Source of the DNA: Candidatus Curtissbacteria bacterium
GTDB lineage: Bacteria > Patescibacteriota > Microgenomatia > Curtissbacterales > GWA2-41-24
Assembly (NCBI GenBank): GCA_024654445.1
Contig: JANLHP010000013.1
Coordinates: 26,528-90,527, forward strand
DNA: 64,000 nt
Direction of reading: 5' to 3'
A program made the position numbers and the translations under genes. Each line of letters opens with the position of its first letter. Position 1 is the stretch's first letter. The notes below the pieces were generated by a model. The model worked only from the letters and a program-made list of their open reading frames with translations, was not told the DNA's origin and made no database searches. This document shows, in pieces, positions 18,239 to 28,219 of this stretch.

Positions 18239-19186
18239 ATGAAACTTGGATTCATAGGCCTAGGCAAAATGGGTAACAGAATGGTCATTAAACTTCTTGG
18301 TGAAGGACATGAAGTTGTAGTTTGGAATAGAACAAAGGCGAAGGTCGATGAGCTAAAAGAGGAAGCTGCTAGTAATTGGAAACTTTCTGACGCTGAATCA
18401 GTTGCTGACCTAGTTAAAAAAGCTGGCGGAGATGAGCCGGGGCCAAGAATTATTTGGTCGATGTTACCAGCAGGGGAAGCGACCGATGAAATTCTTGAGG
18501 AAGTTGGAAAGCATGTAAAAGAAGGCGACATTGTAATTGACGGAGGGAACTCTAAATTCACAGATACTGACAGAAGATTTGGCGAATTTACATCAAAAGG
18601 AGTTGAATATTTGGGTATTGGAGTTTCCGGTGGAATTATAGCAGTAGAAGAGGGTTATCCTCTGATGGTTGGCGGAAGTTTGACTGCTTACGAATATATC
18701 GAGCCGATTTTAGATTCTCTGGCAAAACCTGGGGGCGGACATCAATATTTTGGAGAAGGTGGAGCGGGGCATTTTGTGAAGATGGTTCATAACGCAATTG
18801 AGTATGGGATTATGGAATCTATTGGTGAAGGATTTGGGCTGTTGGCCGAGTCTCCACACAATTTGGATTTATTGAAAGTAGCACAGCTTTACCAAAAAGG
18901 GACACTGGTTTCTGGTTTTATGATGGCGAGGACAATTGAAGTTTTGCAAAACGATCCAGAACTGAAAACTATTAAAGGAATAATAGGCAAGGCTTCGTTT
19001 GAGACTATTTGGGCTGTCGAGGAAGCGAAAAAGAGGGATTTGATTTTTGACATTATTGAGAGATCCCTTGAAATTAGAAACGAGTCCGAAAAAGATCCTA
19101 AAATTCAAAAATCTGTTGCTGCCAAGATAGTTGCCGGCCAAAGAGATGCTTTTGGTGGTCATGGTGTAGAAAAGGAAGAGAAATAA
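18239..19186 (+). CDS. gnd: 6-phosphogluconate dehydrogenase (short type)
   Basis: GLGKMG, IDGGNS, GVSGG, GAGHFVKMVHNAIEYG and R.AFGGH. Confidence 0.95.
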   Translation: MKLGFIGLGKMGNRMVIKLLGEGHEVVVWNRTKAKVDELKEEAASNWKLSDAESVADLVKKAGGDEPGPRIIWSMLPAGEATDEILEEVGKHVKEGDIVIDGGNSKFTDTDRRFGEFTSKGVEYLGIGVSGGIIAVEEGYPLMVGGSLTAYEYIEPILDSLAKPGGGHQYFGEGGAGHFVKMVHNAIEYGIMESIGEGFGLLAESPHNLDLLKVAQLYQKGTLVSGFMMARTIEVLQNDPELKTIKGIIGKASFETIWAVEEAKKRDLIFDIIERSLEIRNESEKDPKIQKSVAAKIVAGQRDAFGGHGVEKEEK

Positions 19187-20680
19187 TTAAATCTTACAGA
19201 TAGTGAGAATCGGTTGGAGCCACTCGCGGCCATCTTTTTTAAGAATTTCTTCTGCTTCTTCGGCCCCCCATGTTCCAGGTTTATAAACGGTTAAAGGTAC
19301 TTCGTTTTTGCTCCATGCTTCCTCTATAGGATCTATGACTTTCCAACTTTCTTCTATTTCTTCCTGAGAAATAAATAGGCTTTGATTACCAAGTATTACG
19401 TCAAGCAGTAGTCTTTCGTATGCTTCTGGTTGCGGGGTATCGAATGAAGTTTTGTAGCAGAACTCCATAGCAACGGGTTCGAATTCGCTGGTAAGCCCTG
19501 GTTTTTTGGCGGTGAGCCTGATGCCGATGCCTTCATTGGGCTGGATTTGAATAGTAATCGTGTTAGGAATATTTGGATTTTCGAAACCTTCAAATATTTT
19601 GTGTTGACGATCTTTAAATTGAAGAATGATCGAGGTTACCTTTCCAGTTAATCTTTTTCCAGTTCTTAGGTAAAAAGGGACTCCTTGCCATCTTTCATTT
19701 TCTATAAATAACTTTGTCATAGCATATGATTCCGTTTTTGAGTTTGGTTCTATGTTTTCTTCTTCCAGATATCCTTCGTACTGTCCTCTTACTGTGGAAG
19801 TTTTGATTTCTTCGGGGGTTAATTTTTTAATGTTTTTAATTACCTCTAATTTTTTTTCTTTTATCGATTTGGACGATGAGTCTTCTGGCTCTTCCATTGC
19901 AATTAGCGCAAGAAGTTGAATAATGTGGTTTTGGATAATATCTCTTAATGCTCCTGTTTTATCGTAAAACGCACCACGTTTTTCGACGCCAATATTTTCT
20001 GCCGTCGTTATTTGGATGTGGTCTATGAACTTGTTGTTCCAAAGAGATTCAAACAGTTCATTTGCAAATCTGAAGGCGAAAATATTTTGGACAGTTTCCT
20101 TGCCAAGATAATGGTCTATTCTGTAGATTTGATCTTGGACAAAATATTTAGAAAGGACTTGCGCTATTTTTTGCGCAGATTTTAAATCTTGTCCGAAAGG
20201 TTTCTCGACAATTACAAGCGGCTTATTGTCGTTATGGTTTTGACACGCGAGGTGCAGACCATTTTTCCCTAAATTCTCGACCGCTTCTTCCAAGATGGTT
20301 GGAGAAATTGCCATGTAATAAATTCTTTTGACGCAGCCTGCAGCCTCTTTTTCAAATTCGCTGATGGCATTTGTTACTTCTGTTAGGTTTTTGTCTTCTG
20401 CAACATCCAAGGGGACATATTGGATCTTTTCAAAAAACGATGGGATTTTCTCTTTATCAACAGCGCTTAGTGATTCGTCAACAATGGCCCTGAAATTTTC
20501 GGAAGAATGTTCGGTTCTTGCTGCCGCTATTATTTTGAAAGCGGTTGGTAAAAGATTCGCCTTGTAAAGCTTAAAAAGAGCCGGAAAAATCCTCTTTCTT
20601 GCAAGGTCTCCAGTTGCGCCAAAGACTACAAATGTAGCTGGGGACTTTTTAATATTTTCGATCTCGGATGTGGTTGGCAT
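19187..20680 (-). CDS. zwf: Glucose-6-phosphate dehydrogenase
   Basis: FGATGDLA, EKPFG, RIDHYLGKE, RD..QNH and RW.GVPFYLRTGK. Confidence 0.97.
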   Translation of the reverse strand: MPTTSEIENIKKSPATFVVFGATGDLARKRIFPALFKLYKANLLPTAFKIIAAARTEHSSENFRAIVDESLSAVDKEKIPSFFEKIQYVPLDVAEDKNLTEVTNAISEFEKEAAGCVKRIYYMAISPTILEEAVENLGKNGLHLACQNHNDNKPLVIVEKPFGQDLKSAQKIAQVLSKYFVQDQIYRIDHYLGKETVQNIFAFRFANELFESLWNNKFIDHIQITTAENIGVEKRGAFYDKTGALRDIIQNHIIQLLALIAMEEPEDSSSKSIKEKKLEVIKNIKKLTPEEIKTSTVRGQYEGYLEEENIEPNSKTESYAMTKLFIENERWQGVPFYLRTGKRLTGKVTSIILQFKDRQHKIFEGFENPNIPNTITIQIQPNEGIGIRLTAKKPGLTSEFEPVAMEFCYKTSFDTPQPEAYERLLLDVILGNQSLFISQEEIEESWKVIDPIEEAWSKNEVPLTVYKPGTWGAEEAEEILKKDGREWLQPILTICKI

Positions 20681-20724
20681 TAACTCATTTTACAACACAA
20701 AGGTGATCGGGGGACGAGTGGCGT

Positions 20725-21270
20725 TTAATTAAACTTGATGTGTACGATTTGGAGGTGTTGTGAAGAACCGTCGTGGCCTGAAGGACTAAAAACCTCTACT
20801 GTTCCTGTAGACGTTGTTGAAGGTTCAAAAACTACTGATGCTTCGAACGGGCACGCGTCGTAGTCCATGCAAGCAGTGGCGCTTCCAAGACCTAGAATAT
20901 TGCCCTTTGCATCTTTTACTCTAATTTGTACATTCCCCTCGAAAACATTGGCCTGCCCTGATACCTTGACTGGCGAAGAAACTACTGATTTTGACAGGGG
21001 TAGATTAACTGTTATGCCGACATTTCTAACTTCTTGAGTGTCTGAGCCGGTTGCCGGTTGTGACGGTGGTGTTGTTCCCGCGATTGGAGTAGGAGAAACC
21101 ATATTGCCAAAGCCACCCGTGGGTGATGGAGTTGCGACTACTAGTGGTGTAGGTGTGGGACTTTTGGGCTTGTTAAGGACCCTGCTTCTGAAAAGTTGGA
21201 AAACGCCAATTGAAGCAAGGATAAGAATTGCTATTACTACTAACCCGACTTGGAAACTTCTTACATTCAT
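20725..21270 (-). CDS. Membrane-anchored Gmad2 immunoglobulin-like domain protein
   Basis: TM, Pro/Thr linker, then SP..VSG.A.VFEG.V...V.D..G. Confidence 0.75.
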   Translation of the reverse strand: MNVRSFQVGLVVIAILILASIGVFQLFRSRVLNKPKSPTPTPLVVATPSPTGGFGNMVSPTPIAGTTPPSQPATGSDTQEVRNVGITVNLPLSKSVVSSPVKVSGQANVFEGNVQIRVKDAKGNILGLGSATACMDYDACPFEASVVFEPSTTSTGTVEVFSPSGHDGSSQHLQIVHIKFN

Positions 21271-21338
21271 ATCAAATTAAAGGGGACAGAGGAGCAGTCG
21301 AGTGGCATTTTATACCAGGATGTTATCTAAAATCAAGA

Positions 21339-21695
21339 TTAGGCAGCTTTAACGGGGAACATTACGAAATGAATCAATGTGCTGATGAGCCAAAGAACAA
21401 CAGCGGCGAGCAGGGCTGGGAGCCACCCGTCGATTGCAAAACCTGGGACAACAAGAGAAACTCCATATATCAAAGCCGCATTAATAACGAAGGTGAAAAG
21501 CCCTAGAGTGACCATATTTATGGGTAGGGTTAAGACAACGAGAATGGGTTTTATGAAAGCGTTAACTACTCCGAGGGCTAAAGCTACGACTAAAGACGTA
21601 ACGAAGTTGTCGACATGAATCCCTGGAAGATAAGACGCAACGAGAAAAATTGCTAGTGCGGAAAGTAACCAACTTGCGAGAATGCTTACCATCAA
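21339..21695 (-). CDS. Phage holin superfamily IV / YvlD membrane protein
   Basis: LG.VNA.IKPIL..LTLP....TLGLF.FVINA. Confidence 0.9.
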   Translation of the reverse strand: MMVSILASWLLSALAIFLVASYLPGIHVDNFVTSLVVALALGVVNAFIKPILVVLTLPINMVTLGLFTFVINAALIYGVSLVVPGFAIDGWLPALLAAVVLWLISTLIHFVMFPVKAA

Positions 21696-21768
21696 ATTTA
21701 GTATAGCACTCCATTAATTCCTTGCAAATATTGCGCCTTTTTTGCCGTAGGAGTAGAATTTTAAGTGC

Positions 21769-22125
21769 ATGAAAGCCGATTCCTCTTTGATTCGCACCCT
21801 CTATCTTTATGGTTTTTCTCTCGTCGGTCTTGTTCTAATTGTAATCGGGACGGTAAGGCTTATTGATTTGGGTCTTAAAACATACTTGTTTAAACAGGCG
21901 GATACTTTTGTTGCATATCCAGCATATCCTCCAGAAAAAGTGGGAGAAGATTCCAGGGAGATGACTGAAGAAGAAAGGGTAAAGCTTAAACGTGAACAGG
22001 AAGAGGCGGAAATTAAAAATGCTAAAAGCAGAAAACAGGCCACGGCATCAAGTTCGATTGCAATGATAATAGTTGGTGCTCCGCTTTTTGCGTATCACTG
22101 GCGCTTGGCCCGAAAAACTTTCTAA
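21769..22125 (+). CDS. DUF5671-like membrane protein
   Basis: IR.LYLY..SLVGL ... IVG.PLF.YHW. Confidence 0.7.
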   Translation: MKADSSLIRTLYLYGFSLVGLVLIVIGTVRLIDLGLKTYLFKQADTFVAYPAYPPEKVGEDSREMTEEERVKLKREQEEAEIKNAKSRKQATASSSIAMIIVGAPLFAYHWRLARKTF

Positions 22126-22138
22126 TTATTTTTCAACA

Positions 22139-22615
22139 ATGACAAGAGAAGGTCTTCCAAATGGTTCTGACTTAGCTGACGATCTGGACACTCTTTTTAG
22201 GGGTGGCGGAAAATTAGAAGAGTTTAAACAGACAGCTAGTGCTTCGGAGAATGGAGAATCATATCCTTTAGACCCGTTTATCGATAGTTTTCTGGACGGA
22301 CAGTTTCACCCCCTCCATTCTTTTATGAGTATTAGAGATGAAGTGGCAAGACTAATTGAGGCTCTTCCGCGATGGAAGGAGGAAAAGATGGCTCATTTAA
22401 TTAAGAGCGGAGATACTGAAAACGCTCAAAGAGTTGGGGATATTTCATATTCTTCGATTGAAGAAAGAGCTAATCGTCGCCGCGAATTACAAGCAAGACG
22501 TATGGGGGTGATTCCAGATAGGTCGAGTCGAGAGTACGAGAATTTGAGAAGAACGGCGGACTTTTACGACAAGGTCAGTGAAATTGCGAGGGGTGCAAGA
22601 GAAGAGAGCGCTTAG
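22139..22615 (+). CDS. Hypothetical protein
   Basis: ORF with plausible composition, no motif recognised. Confidence 0.5.
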   Translation: MTREGLPNGSDLADDLDTLFRGGGKLEEFKQTASASENGESYPLDPFIDSFLDGQFHPLHSFMSIRDEVARLIEALPRWKEEKMAHLIKSGDTENAQRVGDISYSSIEERANRRRELQARRMGVIPDRSSREYENLRRTADFYDKVSEIARGAREESA

Positions 22616-23092
22616 AGGTTCCCGCAAGCGACGTAAGTGTTAACTTCCTGTTGAGATTTGTGCACATTGATTGCCAGCGGTTTCTGGCTTTTTAGTTTCT
22701 CCATTGTTGTGTTGAGTACTGTATTCGATTCTCCGTCGACAACGTTTGCTAGGGAGTAAACAATTGCGCCTGGTGTGGGACAGGAGCCGCTATGAATGTG
22801 GGCGGGTTGGGGTGTTGTATCGGGCGGCACCAACCATGTTTATATTTACGACGACCTTGCCGTTTTCTTCATCCAGCGTTGCTATTCCTACTTCACCCGA
22901 GTTGTTTTGTTCGGCAAGTCTTACGATTTCTATGTCGACAACGCTGCTTTGCGCGTTATCTACCTGCTCTGAAGTTTTCTCGCCGAGATCTTCTGTTATT
23001 CCCATAAAGTTTCCTCGTGTGCCTGTCATGTAACCAATAATCAGAGCAAGGATAACAAATACTATCGTAACTAAACCGCTAACCGTTCTCAT
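22612..23092 (-). pseudogene. CHRD-like domain membrane protein split by a frameshift near 22825
   Basis: N-half (TM, L.EQNNSGE.G.ATL) and C-half (PQPAHIH.GSC, INVHKS, ACG.L) lie in different frames. Confidence 0.75.
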
Positions 23093-23235
23093 GTGAACAG
23101 TGTAATGTTTCATTTATTTAATTCTTGTAAAATTTGAGTATTAAAATTGTAATGACGGTTGATTTTTGGCTCACTTTCGGGTATTTATTAATCACCCCAT
23201 TGTAGCAAGCACAATGGGGATCCCATAATCGCATT

Positions 23236-24552
23236 ATGATAAGTGGCGATGATCTTTTCAGTAATACAAATACAGAGAATGTTCCTTTGGCAGACAGGAT
23301 GAGACCTCAAAGCCTTAAGGAGTTCTTTGGGCAAGAACATTTGGTCGGAGAAGGAAAAATTCTTCATGAAGCATTAGGCGCGGATAAGTTATTTTCTGCC
23401 ATTTTTTGGGGTCCACCAGGAAGTGGAAAAACGACCCTTGCGCAAATAATTGCCAATGAAACAAATGCGGATTTTGTGAAGATTTCTGCCGTTGTTTCTA
23501 ACGTTAGTGAAATGAAGAAGATAATTGAAGCGGCGAAGGAAAGAAGTAACCTCTATTCCAAAAAGACAATTTTATTTATTGACGAAATTCACAGATTTAA
23601 TAAAGCCCAGCAGGATATTTTGCTTCCTCATGTAGAGGGCGGGACGGTAACTTTGATTGGGGCGACGACCGAAAACCCGTCGTTTGAAGTCATTGGGCCA
23701 CTGCTTTCTAGATCTCGCGTTCTGACCCTTCAGCCACTTACGGATGATCAAATAAAGAAAATTATTAACCTAGCACTCAAGGATGCTAAAAGAGGCCTTG
23801 GTAAAAAGAAGTTCAAGGTTGAAAAGGATGCTCTTAACACTCTTGCGCTTGCAGCAAATGGTGATGCACGATTTGCGCTGACGACTCTTGAAATTGCCGC
23901 TGATATTTCGAAGAGCGGTGTTATAAAGCTTGTGAATATTAAAGAAGCAATGCAGAGAAAGGTTGCTGCTTACGACAAAAAGGGTGATTACCATTACGAC
24001 ACAATTTCGGCTTTTATAAAAAGCATGAGAGCGGGCAAGACGGATGCTGCGATTCACTATTTGGCACGGATGATTGATGCGGGTGAAGACCCTATTTTTA
24101 TTGCGAGAAGGATGGTAATTTTCGCGAGTGAAGACATAGGTAATGCTCAACCGACGGCTTTGGTTCTTGCAACAAGTACGATGCAGGCGGTGCATATGAT
24201 CGGCATGCCGGAGGCTGCTTTGATTTTGGCTCAAACTGTTGCCTATCTTTCAGAAGCACCAAAGAGTATTTCTTCGACAGAGGCGATTTCTGCCGCTATT
24301 TCAGATGTACAAAAACTCGGGCTTGATCCAATTCCACTGCATTTGAGAAATGCTCCAACTAAACTTATGAAAGAGCTGGGATATGGCCGAGGTCATGTTA
24401 GGTATCCCTGGAGGGACGATGAAAACGCTGGAGGCAACGAATATATGCCGAAAAATTTAGTTGGTAAAAAATACTATATCAGCCCTCGCTCACGCTCGTC
24501 TGATGTAACTTCTCGCTCCGCTCACAGTTATAAAAATCTCCGAAAAGCTTAA
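23236..24552 (+). CDS. rarA: Replication-associated recombination protein A
   Basis: PLADRMRP, WGPPGSGKTT, DEIHRFNK.QQD, GATTENP, SAFIKS.R and IPLHLRNAPT. Confidence 0.96.
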   Translation: MISGDDLFSNTNTENVPLADRMRPQSLKEFFGQEHLVGEGKILHEALGADKLFSAIFWGPPGSGKTTLAQIIANETNADFVKISAVVSNVSEMKKIIEAAKERSNLYSKKTILFIDEIHRFNKAQQDILLPHVEGGTVTLIGATTENPSFEVIGPLLSRSRVLTLQPLTDDQIKKIINLALKDAKRGLGKKKFKVEKDALNTLALAANGDARFALTTLEIAADISKSGVIKLVNIKEAMQRKVAAYDKKGDYHYDTISAFIKSMRAGKTDAAIHYLARMIDAGEDPIFIARRMVIFASEDIGNAQPTALVLATSTMQAVHMIGMPEAALILAQTVAYLSEAPKSISSTEAISAAISDVQKLGLDPIPLHLRNAPTKLMKELGYGRGHVRYPWRDDENAGGNEYMPKNLVGKKYYISPRSRSSDVTSRSAHSYKNLRKA

Positions 24553-24556
24553 AGCC

Positions 24557-24850
24557 TCAATCAATCTGCAATCCAATTGAGTTTACCTTGGGAAGATATA
24601 ATTTTACTTGTTCTCTGAATTTATCAGCCAGATTCGAAGAATACCTTCCGTAACCGCTGCTTTCACTTTTACTACAAAGCCGATTTTCATATTCTTGAAC
24701 TATATCTAAGATTTTTTGTCCTTCGTCGTTGAATTGTTTTTGATATTTTTGAGGCTCGAGTGTGTAATGATCATGAGTATTTTTGAAGCTTTCAAAAGCC
24801 TTCTTGTGATCGTTTAGCATCAGTTCAAAATATTGTTTATATTTAGACAT
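24557..24850 (-). CDS. Hypothetical protein
   Basis: 97-aa ORF with coding-like composition. Confidence 0.65.
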   Translation of the reverse strand: MSKYKQYFELMLNDHKKAFESFKNTHDHYTLEPQKYQKQFNDEGQKILDIVQEYENRLCSKSESSGYGRYSSNLADKFREQVKLYLPKVNSIGLQID

Positions 24851-25090
24851 ATTGGATAAACTTCCTACGGCAATAGAGCCTTTAGTATGTCTTTAAAGTT
24901 TACAAGAGCGAGCAGAAAAAATCACCTTCTTTGCTGTTGGTATCTCGGAAGTATGTAATCGCTTTTCGCATTCATCCATGGTTAAGAGTCAGTGGTGTTC
25001 TGCGAGCGATTATAAATATACGGTACGTAGTACTAATATACTTCGCCGCCATCTTATATTTTTATAACCTCTTTGTGATATCTTTAAGTT

Positions 25091-25837
25091 ATGCTTCGAA
25101 CTGCCCCAAAAAAGTCGTCTTCAACTGTACCATTTTTATCTGATTCAGTTGAGGACATTTTAAAACTCGGAGAAAAAAATCAGTTTTCTAACTCACTATT
25201 TTCTCAACTTGTAAAACTTATTGCAACCGTCATAGTTTTAATATCCGTTCTTGTTATGTACGGATGGATTCTGAATGTGGAGCTTTTGAAAAGTTTTCTT
25301 CCGGACCGCGCGTTGATGAATTTTATAGTCGCAACCCTTTTTTTTGTGAGCGGGATCGAACTGTTTTTTATTACAAGATCTGTCCAGGGACATAAAGAAG
25401 TTTCGCAGGTAGTTTTTCCTGCAACAAGCATTTTTATTTTGCTAATTGCTTCAACGATTTTGACTGCTTCAGTTATAAAAATCCAAACGGGCATTGAAAC
25501 CTTGCTTCTTGATGATTCCCAAATTAGTGCGGATGTTACGGTTTCCAAGGTTCAAGAAGTTCCAAGTATGATCAGCTTTATAATTTTTGCGCTTGTTGGG
25601 ATTTTAACTTTAATGAATTTTAGGAGGTTGAATTTAGTCTATTTTTTTGCAGGCTTCCTTTTCTCTATTTTGGGGATTTTGGCAATTTTGGGACATTTAT
25701 TTAACGTAACCCTTCTTTATTATAATGCTCCCGGTATTAGTGCACCGATGTCTGTAAGTGTTGCGGTTATGTTCATTTTACTCGGGATGGGGTTAGTTCT
25801 TACTGCTTTGGAAAGTAAAAGAGCTACTTTGAGATGA
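25091..25837 (+). CDS. Multi-pass membrane protein resembling a kinase sensor module
   Basis: About 5-6 TM (GW......LK...P....M); overlaps the start of the histidine kinase. Confidence 0.7.
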   Translation: MLRTAPKKSSSTVPFLSDSVEDILKLGEKNQFSNSLFSQLVKLIATVIVLISVLVMYGWILNVELLKSFLPDRALMNFIVATLFFVSGIELFFITRSVQGHKEVSQVVFPATSIFILLIASTILTASVIKIQTGIETLLLDDSQISADVTVSKVQEVPSMISFIIFALVGILTLMNFRRLNLVYFFAGFLFSILGILAILGHLFNVTLLYYNAPGISAPMSVSVAVMFILLGMGLVLTALESKRATLR

Positions 25838-27723
25838 TAAAGCTAAATCTTCGGCTACTTTTGATTTTTCTTGAGATTGCAATAATTCCGGTTGCGCTTA
25901 TTAGCTATCTTGCGCTTTTTAATACTAAAAGCGCGATCACAACCCAGGTACTGAATCAACTCGACCAGCTTGCAGCTATAACGAAAAATAGGGTCAGGAG
26001 TGCAAATGTTCAAAACCTGGAACTCTTAAGTGATGTAATCAATAGTGCGAGTGGGGGGCGGCCCATTTCTGAGTTTAAATCTCTTATTGATCCTGAGAGT
26101 GACATAAGAAGTATTTCCATTACGGATGTTGGCGGAAAGGTTACGTCTTCAACGGATCCAGAGAAAGTTGGCCGCAATTTTGGCTCTGAAGAATTCTTTC
26201 TGAAAGCAAGAGTCAGTAGACGCGCTACAACGTTTTTGCAGGGCAAAAACAGAGAGCTTTTAATCGTTGTCTCTGGCCCAATCACCCGCGACGGAGAACT
26301 TATAGGGGTTGCGATTGTCGAAAAGAATGGTGCGAGTTTCTTGTCTATTTTTAATGAAAATGTTGGACTTGGTACGAGTGGGGAAATTCTCTTGGTGGCC
26401 AGAGACAGAAACGGGGGCTCCGTTTATATCACTCCCTCCAAATTTGACCAGCTAGGTCCTCTTTCTCGTAGTACGCCCAAGGATGACTTTAGCCAAGCCG
26501 CAACTCAAGCGCTTTTAGGACGCGAACAAACTTTCGACAGTAGTATTGATTACCGTCAGGAAAAAGTTCTCGCCTCCACTCGTTATATTGAGGAAGCAGA
26601 TTTGGGTGTGATTGCAAAAATTGACCAGAAGGAAGCGTATCTTTCGATTGCCAAGTTGAGTGGGCTTTTGACTATCGTCTCTCTAGTTTCGGTAAGCGTT
26701 ATTGCACTTATATCTCTTTCGGCGGCAACTTCTATTGTTGCCCCTATTAAAAAACTTATTAATATGACAAATAAAATTTCTGGTGGAGATTTTTCGCATC
26801 GTGCTGTTGTTGAATCGAGGGACGAAATAGGGCAGCTGGAACTTTCCTTTAATATTATGGCGATGAAACTAAAGCGGTCGTATGAGGGACTTGAGCAAAA
26901 AGTAAGAGAAAGAACGAAGGAGCTGGAGGTCAGCACAAGGAACCTCGAAATTGCAAACGCTAACCTTAAAAACTTGGACAAACTTAAAGACGAGTTTGTG
27001 TCCATAGCATCTCATGAACTCCGAACTCCGATGACGGCGATTAAGGGCATGGTTTCGATGATTGTTGACGGTGATTATGGAAAGGTCGAGAAAGGGCTCC
27101 ATGAACCACTTGCGGATATTGCTAATTCTACTGACAGGTTAATTGTCCTTGTTAACGAACTCTTGAATGTTTCAAGAATCGAGGCGGGGCGACTTAAATT
27201 TGAACTCAGCGACTTTGCAATCCAACCTGTTATTGGCGAAGTTGTTACGTCTCTGATCCCGCTTGCAAAAGGGAAAAATCTTTACCTGGATTTTAAGTAC
27301 GACGGACTTACGTTTGTGCAAGGAGATACCAATAAAATCAGGGAAGTTTTAAGTAACTTAATTGGCAACTCGCTTAAATTTACAGAACGTGGAGGCATAA
27401 CAATAAGCTTAGAGGAAGACGGAGATCTATTGAAGGTGTTTGTTCAGGATACCGGAATTGGTATTAGTTCTGAGGACCAGGTTAAATTATTCGGTAAATT
27501 TAAACAAATAAGTAGTTATCAGGTTGGAAGACCAGCGGGTAGCGGGCTGGGTCTTTATATTTCCAGAGAATTGACAAGAAAGATGGGTGGAGATCTTTGG
27601 ATTCAGAAATCGGAACCTCAACAAGGATCGACTTTTGTATTTTCGCTTCCGCTTGCAACTTCAGAACTTGCCAAAAGATTGAGAGAAGTCGTGAAACAAC
27701 AATCACAAGAAGTACAGCTTTAA
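25834..27723 (+). CDS. Sensor histidine kinase (Cache-HAMP-HisKA-HATPase)
   Basis: DEIG.L...FN.M HAMP, SHELRTPM, NSLKFT, DTGIG and GSGLGL. Confidence 0.95.
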   Translation: MIKLNLRLLLIFLEIAIIPVALISYLALFNTKSAITTQVLNQLDQLAAITKNRVRSANVQNLELLSDVINSASGGRPISEFKSLIDPESDIRSISITDVGGKVTSSTDPEKVGRNFGSEEFFLKARVSRRATTFLQGKNRELLIVVSGPITRDGELIGVAIVEKNGASFLSIFNENVGLGTSGEILLVARDRNGGSVYITPSKFDQLGPLSRSTPKDDFSQAATQALLGREQTFDSSIDYRQEKVLASTRYIEEADLGVIAKIDQKEAYLSIAKLSGLLTIVSLVSVSVIALISLSAATSIVAPIKKLINMTNKISGGDFSHRAVVESRDEIGQLELSFNIMAMKLKRSYEGLEQKVRERTKELEVSTRNLEIANANLKNLDKLKDEFVSIASHELRTPMTAIKGMVSMIVDGDYGKVEKGLHEPLADIANSTDRLIVLVNELLNVSRIEAGRLKFELSDFAIQPVIGEVVTSLIPLAKGKNLYLDFKYDGLTFVQGDTNKIREVLSNLIGNSLKFTERGGITISLEEDGDLLKVFVQDTGIGISSEDQVKLFGKFKQISSYQVGRPAGSGLGLYISRELTRKMGGDLWIQKSEPQQGSTFVFSLPLATSELAKRLREVVKQQSQEVQL

Positions 27724-27774
27724 CCTTTGTGGATTTTCCCTGGTGAGCTTTTTTTGATATATAATATGTAACAA

Positions 27775-28149
27775 ATGGCAAAAGTACTGCTAGTAGAGGA
27801 CGATCAGTTCTTACAGAAAATGTATCAGAAAAAATTCCAGATTTCTGGATTTGAGGTAGAAATCGCAAAGGACGGGGAGGAAGGTCTTTCTAAAATGAAG
27901 GCCCTAAAGCCAGATATAGTGCTTATGGATATAATGATGCCGAAATTGAACGGAATCGACGCGACTGCGGCAGCAAAATCAGATGAGACGACGCGTAATA
28001 TTCCGATTATCATACTTACTAACTTATCAAGTACAGAGGACGCCCAAACTGCGGTCAAGAAAGGTGCGGTCGATTTTATGGTGAAGTCGAACTTTACTCC
28101 AGCCCAAGTTGTTGAAAAGGTCAAACAGGTTCTGGCGTCTGGCAAGTAA
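27775..28149 (+). CDS. Single-domain response regulator
   Basis: VLLVEDD, DIMMP, LTN and VK receiver motifs. Confidence 0.93.
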   Translation: MAKVLLVEDDQFLQKMYQKKFQISGFEVEIAKDGEEGLSKMKALKPDIVLMDIMMPKLNGIDATAAAKSDETTRNIPIIILTNLSSTEDAQTAVKKGAVDFMVKSNFTPAQVVEKVKQVLASGK

Positions 28150-28219
28150 AGCTTTTTAACGCTCTCTTTTTAATGCTAAACTAGTTGTAGGCGGGATATT
28201 TTATTCTGCTTGGAATTAC

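Noticed and set aside
21339-21695. Prophage suggested by a 'phage holin' family gene
   Set aside because: This family is commonly chromosomal, and there are no phage structural, lysin or integrase genes nearby.
24851-25090. ORF 24931-25143 or a transposase remnant
   Set aside because: No convincing motif in any frame.
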